A stretch of DNA of 64,000 nucleotides, from positions 576,001 to 640,000 of the forward strand of contig CAVYTU010000015.1 in NCBI GenBank assembly GCA_963771465.1, given 5' to 3'. Both the position numbers and the translations under genes were made by a program. The notes below the pieces were generated by a model. It saw only the letters and a program-made list of their open reading frames with translations. It searched no databases and was not told the origin of the DNA. Source of the DNA: an uncultured delta proteobacterium. GTDB taxonomy: Bacteria; Desulfobacterota; Binatia; UBA9968. This document shows, piece by piece, positions 1 to 9,468 of this stretch (position 1 is its first letter; every line of letters starts with the position of its first letter).

Positions 1-371
1 CGTCATCAATCCACTTTTTTGCAAATTGTACTCCCCATGATTCGGCCTCTCCAAGAGAAGGGAAGCCCGCGATCGGTCCATCGAATTTTCGCAGCTGCTC
101 TTGATTTGTTTCGGACCAGGTTATGCTGACCGTTGCTGTCCAGTGATCACTGTTTGGGATTGGATTAGCGACGGATTTGATTAGATGATTTTTGTAGTTG
201 GTATCCACGGAATGTCTCCATCTCCGATTTCCCTTAACGTTTTGCCGACTAGCGTGCGCAATTCTGGCTTATTCGATCGATGATGTGATTGAAACAGTTT
301 AGGTGGAACTTAGCGGATGGCCTGATCGGAGGCCGGAGTTGAGAGCGCTCACGCTGCTTGAGGATGATCGG

Positions 372-641
372 CTAAACGTCCAACTCGCCAACTTCTCCCA
401 GCCTAATCTTTTTAGCGTTCACGATCGCGATGAGAGCCCGTCCGTGTAGATACTCTGGGAGAACCAAACCTACTAAGTATTTGCTTCCGTCCCTTTTGCG
501 GACGTCGAGAGCGATGTGGTCGTTAGATTGGTTACGTCGCTGGGCGCTCACCACCTCGTCGCCCGCCTCAGCGATAGCTGCGTGTCCAAATCGGCCAGCA
601 GCTTGCGGCGGCCATTCTCGGGCGAGTTCTCTGATCTTCAT
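372..641 (-). CDS. small hypothetical protein (~89 aa)
   Basis: ATG of MKIRELAREW is preceded by an AAGGGGG RBS-like motif and overlaps the CapA-family stop (ATGA). No family recognised. Confidence 0.5.
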   Translation of the reverse strand: MKIRELAREWPPQAAGRFGHAAIAEAGDEVVSAQRRNQSNDHIALDVRKRDGSKYLVGLVLPEYLHGRALIAIVNAKKIRLGEVGELDV

Positions 642-1474
642 AAGAAATCCCCCTTTGCATAGGGCCACACCTTGGTTACGCTGGAATCCATAGCGAAGTT
701 GCCCAAGCTATAAAAAATGACCTTGCCTTTGTAGACTTCAATCCCCTTTAGGATATGTGGATGCGTGCCAATGATAAGGTCAGCGCCCGCATCGATCGCA
801 GCATGTCCAACTTCCCTTTGATACGTCGCTAGTTTGGCGGGCATGAAATGTATTCCCCAATGCATGGATACGATGACAACATCCGCCGCAGCTCTCACTT
901 TCTTAATGTCCTCCACCATTGCTTGAACGTCTTCGCTATAAGCAAAGGTAAAAACTTCGGCCGGACTGCCCGGTTGGAAAGGCTCGGTCGGCTCATAAAA
1001 CGTTCGTACCCTGATAGGAACACAACCAGGCCTGTCATCCGTTGCCCAAAACCCCGGCGGAAGAATCGAGTTATAGGCGAGGAAAGCGACTTTCACACGT
1101 TTTCGCTCGATAATCGCTGGCTGCCTAGCTTCTTTGATTTCTCTTCCGGCGCCAACCAGTGTTATGCCGTTTTCCTGCGCTATATCGAGCGTATCTATCA
1201 ATCCGTCTGCACCCCAGTCCAGTACATGGTTACTGGCGAAAGACATCACATCAAAACCGGCCGATTTAAGTACCGCTCCAATAGTCGGGTGAGGTCTTTG
1301 CGCACTTTCTGTTTTGGGGGAACCTTTTTGAGAAAGGGTCGCTTCAAGCTGACCGAACAATATATCGGGCTCGTTGAGAACCGATAATGTCTGGGTGAAT
1401 GCCGATTCTGGATTGTCTCGAGTGACAGCCACATCGCCAACGGCATAGATAGAGACATTTTCTTGACTAGGCAC
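638..1474 (-). CDS. CapA-family (PGA_cap, metallophosphatase fold) protein, possibly C-terminally short
   Basis: Motifs AVGDV, GQLE, ASNHVLDWG, SMHWG, IGTHPH, YSLGNF. AGGAG RBS upstream. Confidence 0.85.
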   Translation of the reverse strand: MPSQENVSIYAVGDVAVTRDNPESAFTQTLSVLNEPDILFGQLEATLSQKGSPKTESAQRPHPTIGAVLKSAGFDVMSFASNHVLDWGADGLIDTLDIAQENGITLVGAGREIKEARQPAIIERKRVKVAFLAYNSILPPGFWATDDRPGCVPIRVRTFYEPTEPFQPGSPAEVFTFAYSEDVQAMVEDIKKVRAAADVVIVSMHWGIHFMPAKLATYQREVGHAAIDAGADLIIGTHPHILKGIEVYKGKVIFYSLGNFAMDSSVTKVWPYAKGDFL

Positions 1475-1874
1475 GTCTTTCTCCTGCTCAGGTCATTCTC
1501 TCAAAGCCTGCATTCAAGGGTTGTATTTACTTTGTGACCCATCGATCGAATATAAGTCAAATAAATTCTTGTTATTTTAATTATTATTATTTGTTATAGG
1601 TTGCCAAAGATCGTGATAAATTCTAATTTCGTCAGCACCTGGAGGGTTTCGATGCGTGGCGCTTACTAGCGGGCATCCTTTTCCAAAAGTTGATCGCGAG
1701 GAAAAAATACCGCAAAAAATCGAGCGTCGGCGGTATAGCACGGGTTATGTAGAATTTTTGCCGTCCCGTTCGCTTCGGCCTATTAACGATGCTCGACCTC
1801 AAAAAAACCATCGATCGGCAATCAATCCTTCAACAACTGCGTGCACTCAACGCCGAGAAAATTGAGCGGGAAAC

Positions 1875-2112
1875 AGCGTGGATCTGGTTTTTTTGGAATC
1901 GTTGCTGCTGAACCGTGGGCGCCACGTTCAACCGATTGCGAATCACGTGGGAATTTTTCGCCGGCGTCTTTACTGGCCAGCTCTTGATAGCGTAGTCCCG
2001 GCACTTCGATTTGAATATCGATGCGATCGCGCAGTGAACCACACCCTTTGGAGCGATAGCGCTGAATCTGCAGCAGCGTGCCGCTGCATTCCGTTTTGCG
2101 GATCGGCATACA
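1875..2112 (-). pseudogene. comM: degenerate internal fragment of ComM/YifB Mg-chelatase-like AAA+ ATPase
   Basis: Three frames join to YADPQ-ECSGTLLQIQRYRSK..GSLRDRIDIQIEVPGLRYQELASKDAGE-SHVIRNRLNVA..VQQQRFQKNQIHA, matching the YifB C-terminal region. Two frameshifts, no N-terminus. Confidence 0.75.
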
Positions 2113-2299
2113 GTTGCTTCGCTACAATCCGTCCAAAGCATTTCGGCATGGGCTTGATCAACTTCGCGGCTCACCGTCTATAATGTCGCAGCGTTGACAT
2201 CGGTTGATGTTCTCAGATAGTTTTCAATCGTTATCCGACAAACAATTTTGACTAGAGCACTGAGTTGACGTTGCAGCTACCGAGACGGAGGAGAAGACG

Positions 2300-3652
2300 A
2301 TGACGGCGCAAAGTGGAAACTATCAAGGGGTGAGCGGGTTTACATTTACCAAGGAGGAGAACGAACAACTGACCCGCGTCGGCCCGGGGACGCTGATGGG
2401 CGACTTGTTCCGCCAGTATTGGCAGGCCGTAATTCCGTCGTCCTTTCTTTCAGAGTCGAGCAACAAACCCCTCCGAGTACGGCTGCTATGCGAAGACTTG
2501 GTGTTGTTCCGCGCCGGCAACGGCAAGATTGGTTTGGTCGGCGCTTACTGTCAGCATCGTTTGGCGCCTCTTTATTTTGGCCGAATCGAAAATGATGGCA
2601 TTCGCTGTCCCTATCATGGTTGGAAGTACGCCACCGACGGCACCTGCATGGAGATGCCGAACATTCCCGCCGAGCAGCAATTCTGCGACGCGATCCATCA
2701 TCCCGGTTATCCTTGCGTTGAGTACGGCGGCATCATTTGGACCTACATGGGTCCGGCGAAAGAGCTACCGCCGCTGCCGGAATTCGAATTCGCTCTCGTG
2801 CCTGACGAGCAACGCATCTACCGCGTGTTTCACCAGGAGTGCAATTATCTCCAGGTGCTCGAAGGCGGCATCGATCCGACCCATGTGATGTGGCTGCACT
2901 CGCCGTACAATTTGGCTGATGACAAATTAGCCGAAGAACACCAGCCCTCGCAGCACTTGGTAGCTAATAAATCGGGCATGCGGACGCCGATGGCGATCGA
3001 GATCGTCGACACCGCAGCGGGATTCATGTATGGCGCCAAACGCCCGTTCGGCGAGGGCAAGGATTTGTGGCGCGTCAACCAATTCATCATGCCATTCTAT
3101 TCGATGCCACCCGGCAGCGAATTGCGCGGCGCACGCATTTATACTCCGATCGATGATGAAAACTCGATTAAATGGCAAATTAATTGGTACCCGACCAAAG
3201 AAATTATGCAGTCGGTCAAAAAAGGTGACCGATTGAATTTCGCGGAAGAGGATTATCTACCGGCGACCCATGAACCCTATAGTTTCATCCGTCCCAAAGC
3301 GCTTAAGTCAAACGACTATCTGATCAATTGGGATGTGCACCATAGCAAACGGATGGGCATCACCGGCGTAAATCTTCAAGACCGCTGTGTCACAGAAAAC
3401 GAAGGGCCGACACCGATCCTCGATCGAAGCAAAGAAAATCTTTGCAGCGGCGATTACGCCACCATCCGAGCACGGCGGATGCTACTCAAAGCTGCCAAAG
3501 AGCTGCGCGAGCACGGCACACCTCCGCCGGGAGTAAACGATCCGCGCGTTTACCGATTGCGCGCGACATCGACAATCGTTCCCGACAAGATTCACTGGGT
3601 GGAGGGCGTGAAAAACGAAGTGCTTATTTCAGGCAGCACCGCGTTAGGTTGA
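2300..3652 (+). CDS. Rieske non-heme iron oxygenase alpha subunit (phthalate 4,5-dioxygenase/LigXa-like)
   Basis: CQH...CPYH Rieske motif, EGGIDPTHVMWLH mononuclear Fe motif, N-terminal LTRVGPGTLMG, GGAGG RBS. Confidence 0.92.
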   Translation: MTAQSGNYQGVSGFTFTKEENEQLTRVGPGTLMGDLFRQYWQAVIPSSFLSESSNKPLRVRLLCEDLVLFRAGNGKIGLVGAYCQHRLAPLYFGRIENDGIRCPYHGWKYATDGTCMEMPNIPAEQQFCDAIHHPGYPCVEYGGIIWTYMGPAKELPPLPEFEFALVPDEQRIYRVFHQECNYLQVLEGGIDPTHVMWLHSPYNLADDKLAEEHQPSQHLVANKSGMRTPMAIEIVDTAAGFMYGAKRPFGEGKDLWRVNQFIMPFYSMPPGSELRGARIYTPIDDENSIKWQINWYPTKEIMQSVKKGDRLNFAEEDYLPATHEPYSFIRPKALKSNDYLINWDVHHSKRMGITGVNLQDRCVTENEGPTPILDRSKENLCSGDYATIRARRMLLKAAKELREHGTPPPGVNDPRVYRLRATSTIVPDKIHWVEGVKNEVLISGSTALG

Positions 3653-3716
3653 GACTTGGCGGGTAGCGCATGCACCGCTGGTCCCTTCGGTTTACATCGA
3701 TCCGAAGTTCGGCCAA

Positions 3717-4781
3717 TCAATAACCATACTTCTCGACGATAGGCTGCAGCCGTTCGAGGTTGCGCTTGACCTCATCGGTCTGGGAAATTTCCCGCCATGC
3801 TTCTTGAGCCAATTCTTGTTTGATGACTTCTTTGACATCTTGACGTGTAATCGCGCGCGATAGCACGCCGGCGTCTTGATGCTCTTGCAAAATCCGCCAC
3901 ACGCCTTCTTCGCTGACGTGGCCGTCTAATGGCACAAAGTAACTCTCCATCAGCGTCTGCGACAGCAGATCGCGCATGCGTTCGGACTCGTCAGGATTTT
4001 CGACTCTGAGCTTGGCCTCGACATAACGGTGAAATGGAAAATTCTCCGGCGCCATGCGCATGGAGTGATAACCGCGAATCTGCGCTTTCCAATAGCGGAC
4101 AATCAATTCCGGGTTTCGTTCAATAAACGATTTGCGCGCTATCGTGACCCGATCCGGCCGCCCATGGGGCTTGGTGTCTTCGACAAAATCATAGAGCTTG
4201 TTGAATCCCTGTTCCAGCAGCGTCGGAACAAACGGGTTGGCGACAATGGCCGCATCGGTCTCGCCGCGTAAAAGCGGTTTCCACGCTTCACGCATGGAGC
4301 CATAGAGGTACCCTACTTTCCACTCGACTTCACTTTGAGGATCGATGCCCTCCTTGCGCAGTTGGTGCTCGAACCACATGGTGGCGATGCCGCCCTTGTA
4401 CCAGTCACCGATTCGTTTGCCCTTGAGTTGGGCAATCGATTTGATGCCAGGGGCAGTCACGAGCGTGCCTGAAAACCAATTGCGCCAGCCGCCGATGATG
4501 CGCACTTCGTCATTGCCTAAAGCCCGCTCGGCAAAGGGCGTGCGCACGTGGACATCCGGAATAATATCGATTCGAAACGCAATCATGTCGCGTAGGACCG
4601 TGCCGACTTCATCATATCTTTCCCCGTCAGGACGGCTCGATTCGATCGCTTTGGGATTGACCTTGGCGTGGACGATCTCGACGTCAAGCCCCTCCTGAGC
4701 GAAAAGTCCTGCTTCCAGCGCGTAAGTCGCCGCTCTTACATGTCCCGCATGCCAACACCCGTTGCCTACGCGTAGCTTCAT
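3717..4781 (-). CDS. signal-peptide-less NMT1/SsuA-fold (PBP2) protein, CWHxxH family, copy 1 (354 aa)
   Basis: Start reassigned to MKLRVGNGCWH (GGAG RBS), giving 1065 nt like the six paralogs. GLFAQEGLDVEIV and IAQLKGKRIG are SsuA/TauA-like motifs. Confidence 0.85.
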   Translation of the reverse strand: MKLRVGNGCWHAGHVRAATYALEAGLFAQEGLDVEIVHAKVNPKAIESSRPDGERYDEVGTVLRDMIAFRIDIIPDVHVRTPFAERALGNDEVRIIGGWRNWFSGTLVTAPGIKSIAQLKGKRIGDWYKGGIATMWFEHQLRKEGIDPQSEVEWKVGYLYGSMREAWKPLLRGETDAAIVANPFVPTLLEQGFNKLYDFVEDTKPHGRPDRVTIARKSFIERNPELIVRYWKAQIRGYHSMRMAPENFPFHRYVEAKLRVENPDESERMRDLLSQTLMESYFVPLDGHVSEEGVWRILQEHQDAGVLSRAITRQDVKEVIKQELAQEAWREISQTDEVKRNLERLQPIVEKYGY

Positions 4782-5021
4782 GATGACTCCTTCAATCTTG
4801 CTAATTCTTTCGCCGCAAATTACTGCTATCGTTACGTCCAACCTATCAATACATTCAAATCACGGTCAAGCTTACATCGAAGATTCAAAAATTTTATTTC
4901 GGTTCTTTTGAATAGTTCCTCGGCATCAATCATCACCGCATGAAAAGAATGATCGACCAATTGAATCTTCAAATGCGGGTGGCTTGATTATGAAATTGTC
5001 GTGCTGGCGATTGTTGTGTCA

Positions 5022-6023
5022 TCAACGCTTCAGTTGATCGAAGAAGCCTTCTTTATCCAACTCAACGACTAAACTCGAGTCGGTGAAGTCAGATGCTTTC
5101 TTGCCCTTGAGCTCAGGGATTGCGGCCGTCATATCTTCAATCGCCGCTTCCAGGGTCTCTCGGATGGGATAAGGTTTGTCAGGGTGGAGTCTAACGACAT
5201 AGTTAGCGTGGGTCGACTCGAGGAAGCGCGCGTCGACCTTAAGAACTTTCTGTATTACGCGGAAAGCTAACTCTTTATTGATTTTCGCCAGCCAAATGCC
5301 CTCGGATACTGCTTTGATAAATGCCTTTAGCTGTTGGCGTTGTTTGGCGAGAATTTGTCTGGATGTCGAAAAGTCGACCGTCGAGTTCACGCCAAAGGCC
5401 AAAGCGTCGGCGAGGACATTGAGTGGGTAGCCTTTGTGTTGGAATTGCGAAACCGTCTCCTGATTGGCGAGCGTGGCGTCGACTCGTTTCTGTAAGAGCA
5501 CGTTAATTCTTTCTTCGGATACTAACAAGCCAGTTGGCAAGAGTTTTACGTCCTTCCCCGGAGTGAGACCGATGCGCGGCAAAAGCCGTTCCAAGACGAA
5601 ATCGGTCGAAGTTCCCGGACGGCTAGCACCGATAATTTTCCCTTTCAGTTGATCGACAGAATTGATCGGCGGCAAGGCGACGAGTTGATTGGGCGTTGAA
5701 GAAAAATTGCTGATGATGACTACCGGCGCGCCGCGCGCCGCGGCGCCGATGGTTCCCTGCCCGCCGCCGACAACGAGCTGCACCTCCCCGGCGAGCAGCG
5801 ATTGCAGCGAAGTCGACGCGCCCCTGATGTAAACGATGTTGACCTCCAGACCATGTTTCTGAAACAAACGCTGCTCCTGCGCCACCAACATCGGAATGCG
5901 GCCTAATCCCACCGTCGAGGTGGCGAGGGTGAGCCGGTCATTTTTTTTCTCTTGGCTGTAGCCAAATTGTCCAAGCATCAGGATATGCCATACGGCATAA
6001 CTCACTAACAGCGATCCCTTCAT
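5022..6023 (-). CDS. ABC transporter substrate-binding protein (TauA/NMT1 family)
   Basis: Hydrophobic N-terminal signal. Motifs LFQKHGLEV, QLKGKIIGASRPGTSTD, LDKEGFFDQL. Confidence 0.85.
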   Translation of the reverse strand: MKGSLLVSYAVWHILMLGQFGYSQEKKNDRLTLATSTVGLGRIPMLVAQEQRLFQKHGLEVNIVYIRGASTSLQSLLAGEVQLVVGGGQGTIGAAARGAPVVIISNFSSTPNQLVALPPINSVDQLKGKIIGASRPGTSTDFVLERLLPRIGLTPGKDVKLLPTGLLVSEERINVLLQKRVDATLANQETVSQFQHKGYPLNVLADALAFGVNSTVDFSTSRQILAKQRQQLKAFIKAVSEGIWLAKINKELAFRVIQKVLKVDARFLESTHANYVVRLHPDKPYPIRETLEAAIEDMTAAIPELKGKKASDFTDSSLVVELDKEGFFDQLKR

Positions 6024-6248
6024 AAATTCACCTTCAATGGCGCGAGAAAAATTTTACCTGGCAGTAGCCTGCTCATCCAGGCGCGACGCAGATGCCCTTA
6101 ACACGTTTACGCTTACCGGATGACTTGGCTCGGAGTCTAGTGAAGCGCGAGAATATTAACAACGAACGTCGCATTTGCAACTCTGCTTGACACGCTTCGA
6201 TGACAAGTAATATGACTTACTATCGTCGCCGTTAGGGGGAGAGCACCG

Positions 6249-6896
6249 ATGATCAGTTATGCAGGAATGGATATCCTCGATACGTTGGACGAACTCGTCG
6301 ATCCCAAACATACGGCGTTACTTTTGTGGGACTTCGCGGAAAATGTCGTCTTGAACCGCTACAGCACCGACGATCTCATCCGTAACAGTTCTCGTCTGCT
6401 GGCGGCGGCCCGCGAACACAACGTCTTGAGGATCTTCTCACATCAAAACAACATGCGTATCGTCGGCGACACTGGCGCGCCGACAGTGCGCATGAGACTC
6501 ACCCGAGCCGGCAAAGCGGTGGCGGACATCGTGCGCGAGCCCGAGCCCAAAGGATTTCCCGCCAAACCGCAGTTGGTCGAGGCGATGCGGCCCAAGGATA
6601 ACGAAATCGTCTTTGAGAAATTCATTCCCAACGCTTTTCTCGGCACGTCCTTCGAGTGGACGCTGCGCAAGCACGGCATCAAAACCATCATTCTGACCGG
6701 GGTAAACGTGGCGACCGGCATCAACGGCACCGCGCGCGAGGCGATCTGCCGCGGCTTTTACGCCGTCATCGCGCGCGACTGCGTCGGCACCAACTCGCCG
6801 GAAGATTACGCCGCCGCGGTGACCTACCTGGAAAAAATATTCGACGTGCACGATTCGAGCGAGATCATCGATTCGTGGAAGCGACGCAAAAGTTGA
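6249..6896 (+). CDS. isochorismatase/cysteine-hydrolase family protein (Cys replaced by Gly)
   Basis: HTALLLWD, FEKFIPNAFLGT, IILTGVNVATGINGTAREA...RDC. Confidence 0.85.
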   Translation: MISYAGMDILDTLDELVDPKHTALLLWDFAENVVLNRYSTDDLIRNSSRLLAAAREHNVLRIFSHQNNMRIVGDTGAPTVRMRLTRAGKAVADIVREPEPKGFPAKPQLVEAMRPKDNEIVFEKFIPNAFLGTSFEWTLRKHGIKTIILTGVNVATGINGTAREAICRGFYAVIARDCVGTNSPEDYAAAVTYLEKIFDVHDSSEIIDSWKRRKS

Positions 6897-6950
6897 AGCA
6901 CTAACTCGACACCCGCATCCGTCTAGAGTTAATGCCGGTGCAAACCGGTT

Positions 6951-8096
6951 CTAGGCATACAACGACGGCGCCATGCTGGTTTTAATCCCTTCCTCAGCCA
7001 GCGCCTTTTCGTAAAGCCGCCTGATCTCCGGATCCTCTTCTTTATAGTCGATGCAGTCGCCGCCTTTGCTGACGCTCAGCGTGGTCTTGTATTTTCCCTC
7101 GACGCCAAAGCTGCCACGCAGCGCCAGATAGCGCGTCGGCGACGTGCTGGTGGGAAAATGAAAGTGGAACCAGCCGGCCGGCGGCACGATGATTGTCCCC
7201 TTCTTCCAGGGAATCGTCATTTTTTCATTCTCTCTGCCAGTCGGCCACATGAGCGAGTAACCTTTGCCGTTGAGCAAGATGATATGCGCGCCGCCGCCGT
7301 GACGGTGCGCCCGTTTGTATTTGCCCACTTCGAATTCCGCGGCGTGACAGATCACTGTGTTGTTGGATAATTTGAAATGCATGCTGGCGAAGCCTTCGCC
7401 GGCACCGGGCATTTTCTCGACTTCGACGCTGCGCACGTCGGCGATGAAATTGGTCCTCAGCGTGTTTGACCGCGCCGGCTCTTTTCCCGCCTCGAAGTCT
7501 TCGACGGAGTTCCAGCGCGCATAGCTATCGTCCCAACCGAGCGGCGTCGTCTTGGTGCTAAAATAATCGTCCTCGGCGTCGAATCTATTTCTAAATACGT
7601 AGTCGTTATGAAAAACCAGATCGAGATCGCGGAACAAGTTGAGAACGGTAGGCGCCATGGTCATGGCGATATACTTGGCGGGCTTGTCGCCCTGACCGTT
7701 GAAGTGCTGATACCAACAGTTGAGCGGCGGCGAGAAGAGGCTTCCTTCTTGCCATTCAAAAGTCCGTTTCGGGCCGCCCTCGTTCCACACCGTTGTCGCG
7801 CCGCGCCCTTCGAGAACATAGATTTGCTCTTCATAGAAATGGCGTTGCGGTTTGAGCTGTCCGCCCGCGGGGATTTCACAGAGATAAAAATCATTGATCT
7901 CCTCGGAACCGACGAGGTTGATAAAGCAGCCTTTGCCGCCTTTGCGTTCCCAAGGACCGAGTGTGAGCTTTTCAACGTCTTCTACAGAGTATCCCTCGAA
8001 GACCGGTATTCTCTCGCGGTCCTGCCATTGTTTATAAAATGTTTTTTTGACCTGGCGCACCTGGCCGGCGGCGTCGATAAAGTATTTTTTTTCCAT
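6951..8096 (-). CDS. bicupin protein (gentisate 1,2-dioxygenase-like)
   Basis: Two cupin motif sets: QRHFYEE...YQHFN and AHRHGGGAH...WFHFHF. GAGGAG RBS. Confidence 0.85.
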   Translation of the reverse strand: MEKKYFIDAAGQVRQVKKTFYKQWQDRERIPVFEGYSVEDVEKLTLGPWERKGGKGCFINLVGSEEINDFYLCEIPAGGQLKPQRHFYEEQIYVLEGRGATTVWNEGGPKRTFEWQEGSLFSPPLNCWYQHFNGQGDKPAKYIAMTMAPTVLNLFRDLDLVFHNDYVFRNRFDAEDDYFSTKTTPLGWDDSYARWNSVEDFEAGKEPARSNTLRTNFIADVRSVEVEKMPGAGEGFASMHFKLSNNTVICHAAEFEVGKYKRAHRHGGGAHIILLNGKGYSLMWPTGRENEKMTIPWKKGTIIVPPAGWFHFHFPTSTSPTRYLALRGSFGVEGKYKTTLSVSKGGDCIDYKEEDPEIRRLYEKALAEEGIKTSMAPSLYA

Positions 8097-8147
8097 TCAA
8101 CTGTCTCCTCAAACGATCTTGTCTTGTGCTTGTCACCGCTGCATAGC

Positions 8148-9236
8148 TTACCGCGATCCCGGTAGCCCGAGAATCTTGGCGTGCTCTTCGCTGTACTGTT
8201 CTGATTTTAGCGCGCAATCGGCGCCGCATATCGCCATGTATTTTCCTTTGGCCATGGAATACTTCCTGGAGGTTGGAATCCAGGGAAACTCACGATAGCT
8301 GGTTTTTTCGATCAACGGCTGAGCGCGAGTTGCCAGCCAGACCGCGAAGAGTTGAGTAGCGGCCGGGGTGGTCGACCAACGCACGACATGCATCTCGGTG
8401 GTGATGTCCAATATGTAGGGATCGGGAAGGACGAACACGAGCGGCGCACCTTCGTCGATCATCGGCATGGCGTTGTGATAGTTTGCCGCGCAACTGATGG
8501 CATACTCACCGGCCGCGACCTTTTCCAAGTTTTCACCCATTCCGCGATTGAGCACGACTTTGTTGGCGACCAACCCCTTGAGCCATTTCAAAAACCAGTC
8601 CCTGGTTTTTGGATCATGTTGGAAAGCCGCCAAAGTGGCGCGGGGATCGTAAATAATTTTGCCGCGCCATTTCGGGTCGACGCAGTCATCCCAACCCTTC
8701 GGCGCCTGGTCGGCTCGAATCAGATTCTTGTTATAGGCAATACCGCGCGCCCCTCCGGTGCTCGCGAGATAAAGCCCCTTCGGATCTAGGCTTCGTGGAT
8801 CGGGTTGATGCCAACCTTGAGGCAGTGAGCGAAAAAGATCTTTGTAGGGGAAGCGCGGCGTGAGGAACATTTTCTCTTTGATGTATTCGGGCCATAGCTC
8901 GTTTGAAATGAATGGGATGTCGATATCCGGCGCGCGCCCCGAACGATACTCCATCAACATGCGCTGCATCTGTTCGACCGTGCGCAGCCGCACGAAGCTG
9001 ATCGATTGGATGAAGGGAAATTCTTTCTTGAATTCTTCGAGCACCGGTTTCGCCTGAGCGTCGGTCCAGGTGATGCCAACGATCAGTTTCCCGCTCTTTT
9101 TTTCTACTTCGCTCTTAGCCGCGTCGACGAGCTGGGTAAACAAATTGCTCTGGGCGTTGGCGATGGAAAGTAGACAGGCGATGTTGAGGATGAACCATCC
9201 TGTCGCAACTACACTGCTCATTCGCGTCAATCTCAT
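8148..9236 (-). CDS. ABC substrate-binding protein (AfuA/FbpA-like)
   Basis: AAGGAGG RBS before MRLTR, signal peptide, AYNKNL..APKGWDDCVDPKWRGK. Paralog of 13221-14300. Confidence 0.85.
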   Translation of the reverse strand: MRLTRMSSVVATGWFILNIACLLSIANAQSNLFTQLVDAAKSEVEKKSGKLIVGITWTDAQAKPVLEEFKKEFPFIQSISFVRLRTVEQMQRMLMEYRSGRAPDIDIPFISNELWPEYIKEKMFLTPRFPYKDLFRSLPQGWHQPDPRSLDPKGLYLASTGGARGIAYNKNLIRADQAPKGWDDCVDPKWRGKIIYDPRATLAAFQHDPKTRDWFLKWLKGLVANKVVLNRGMGENLEKVAAGEYAISCAANYHNAMPMIDEGAPLVFVLPDPYILDITTEMHVVRWSTTPAATQLFAVWLATRAQPLIEKTSYREFPWIPTSRKYSMAKGKYMAICGADCALKSEQYSEEHAKILGLPGSR

Positions 9237-9468
9237 CGGCACACCTCCTTTACCACAACGGCTAACGATCATAAGCGCCAGAACTACTCTTTGACTGTTC
9301 CCATTGTCAAGAACTGGATGGCACTCAACACGGGTTTGCAAGCCGATACCTTGCGCAGCGCCGCATCCGCGCGTGAATCTGGTAAAAGAATTCCGATTGA
9401 CACAGGCGCTCCGTTTGATAAATGCTCGACCAAACGTAAATCGTCGCGAAAACTTTCAGGAGGTGGAT

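Noticed and set aside
638-1474. Poly-gamma-glutamate capsule operon
   Set aside because: No capB/capC nearby, and stand-alone CapA-family genes are common.
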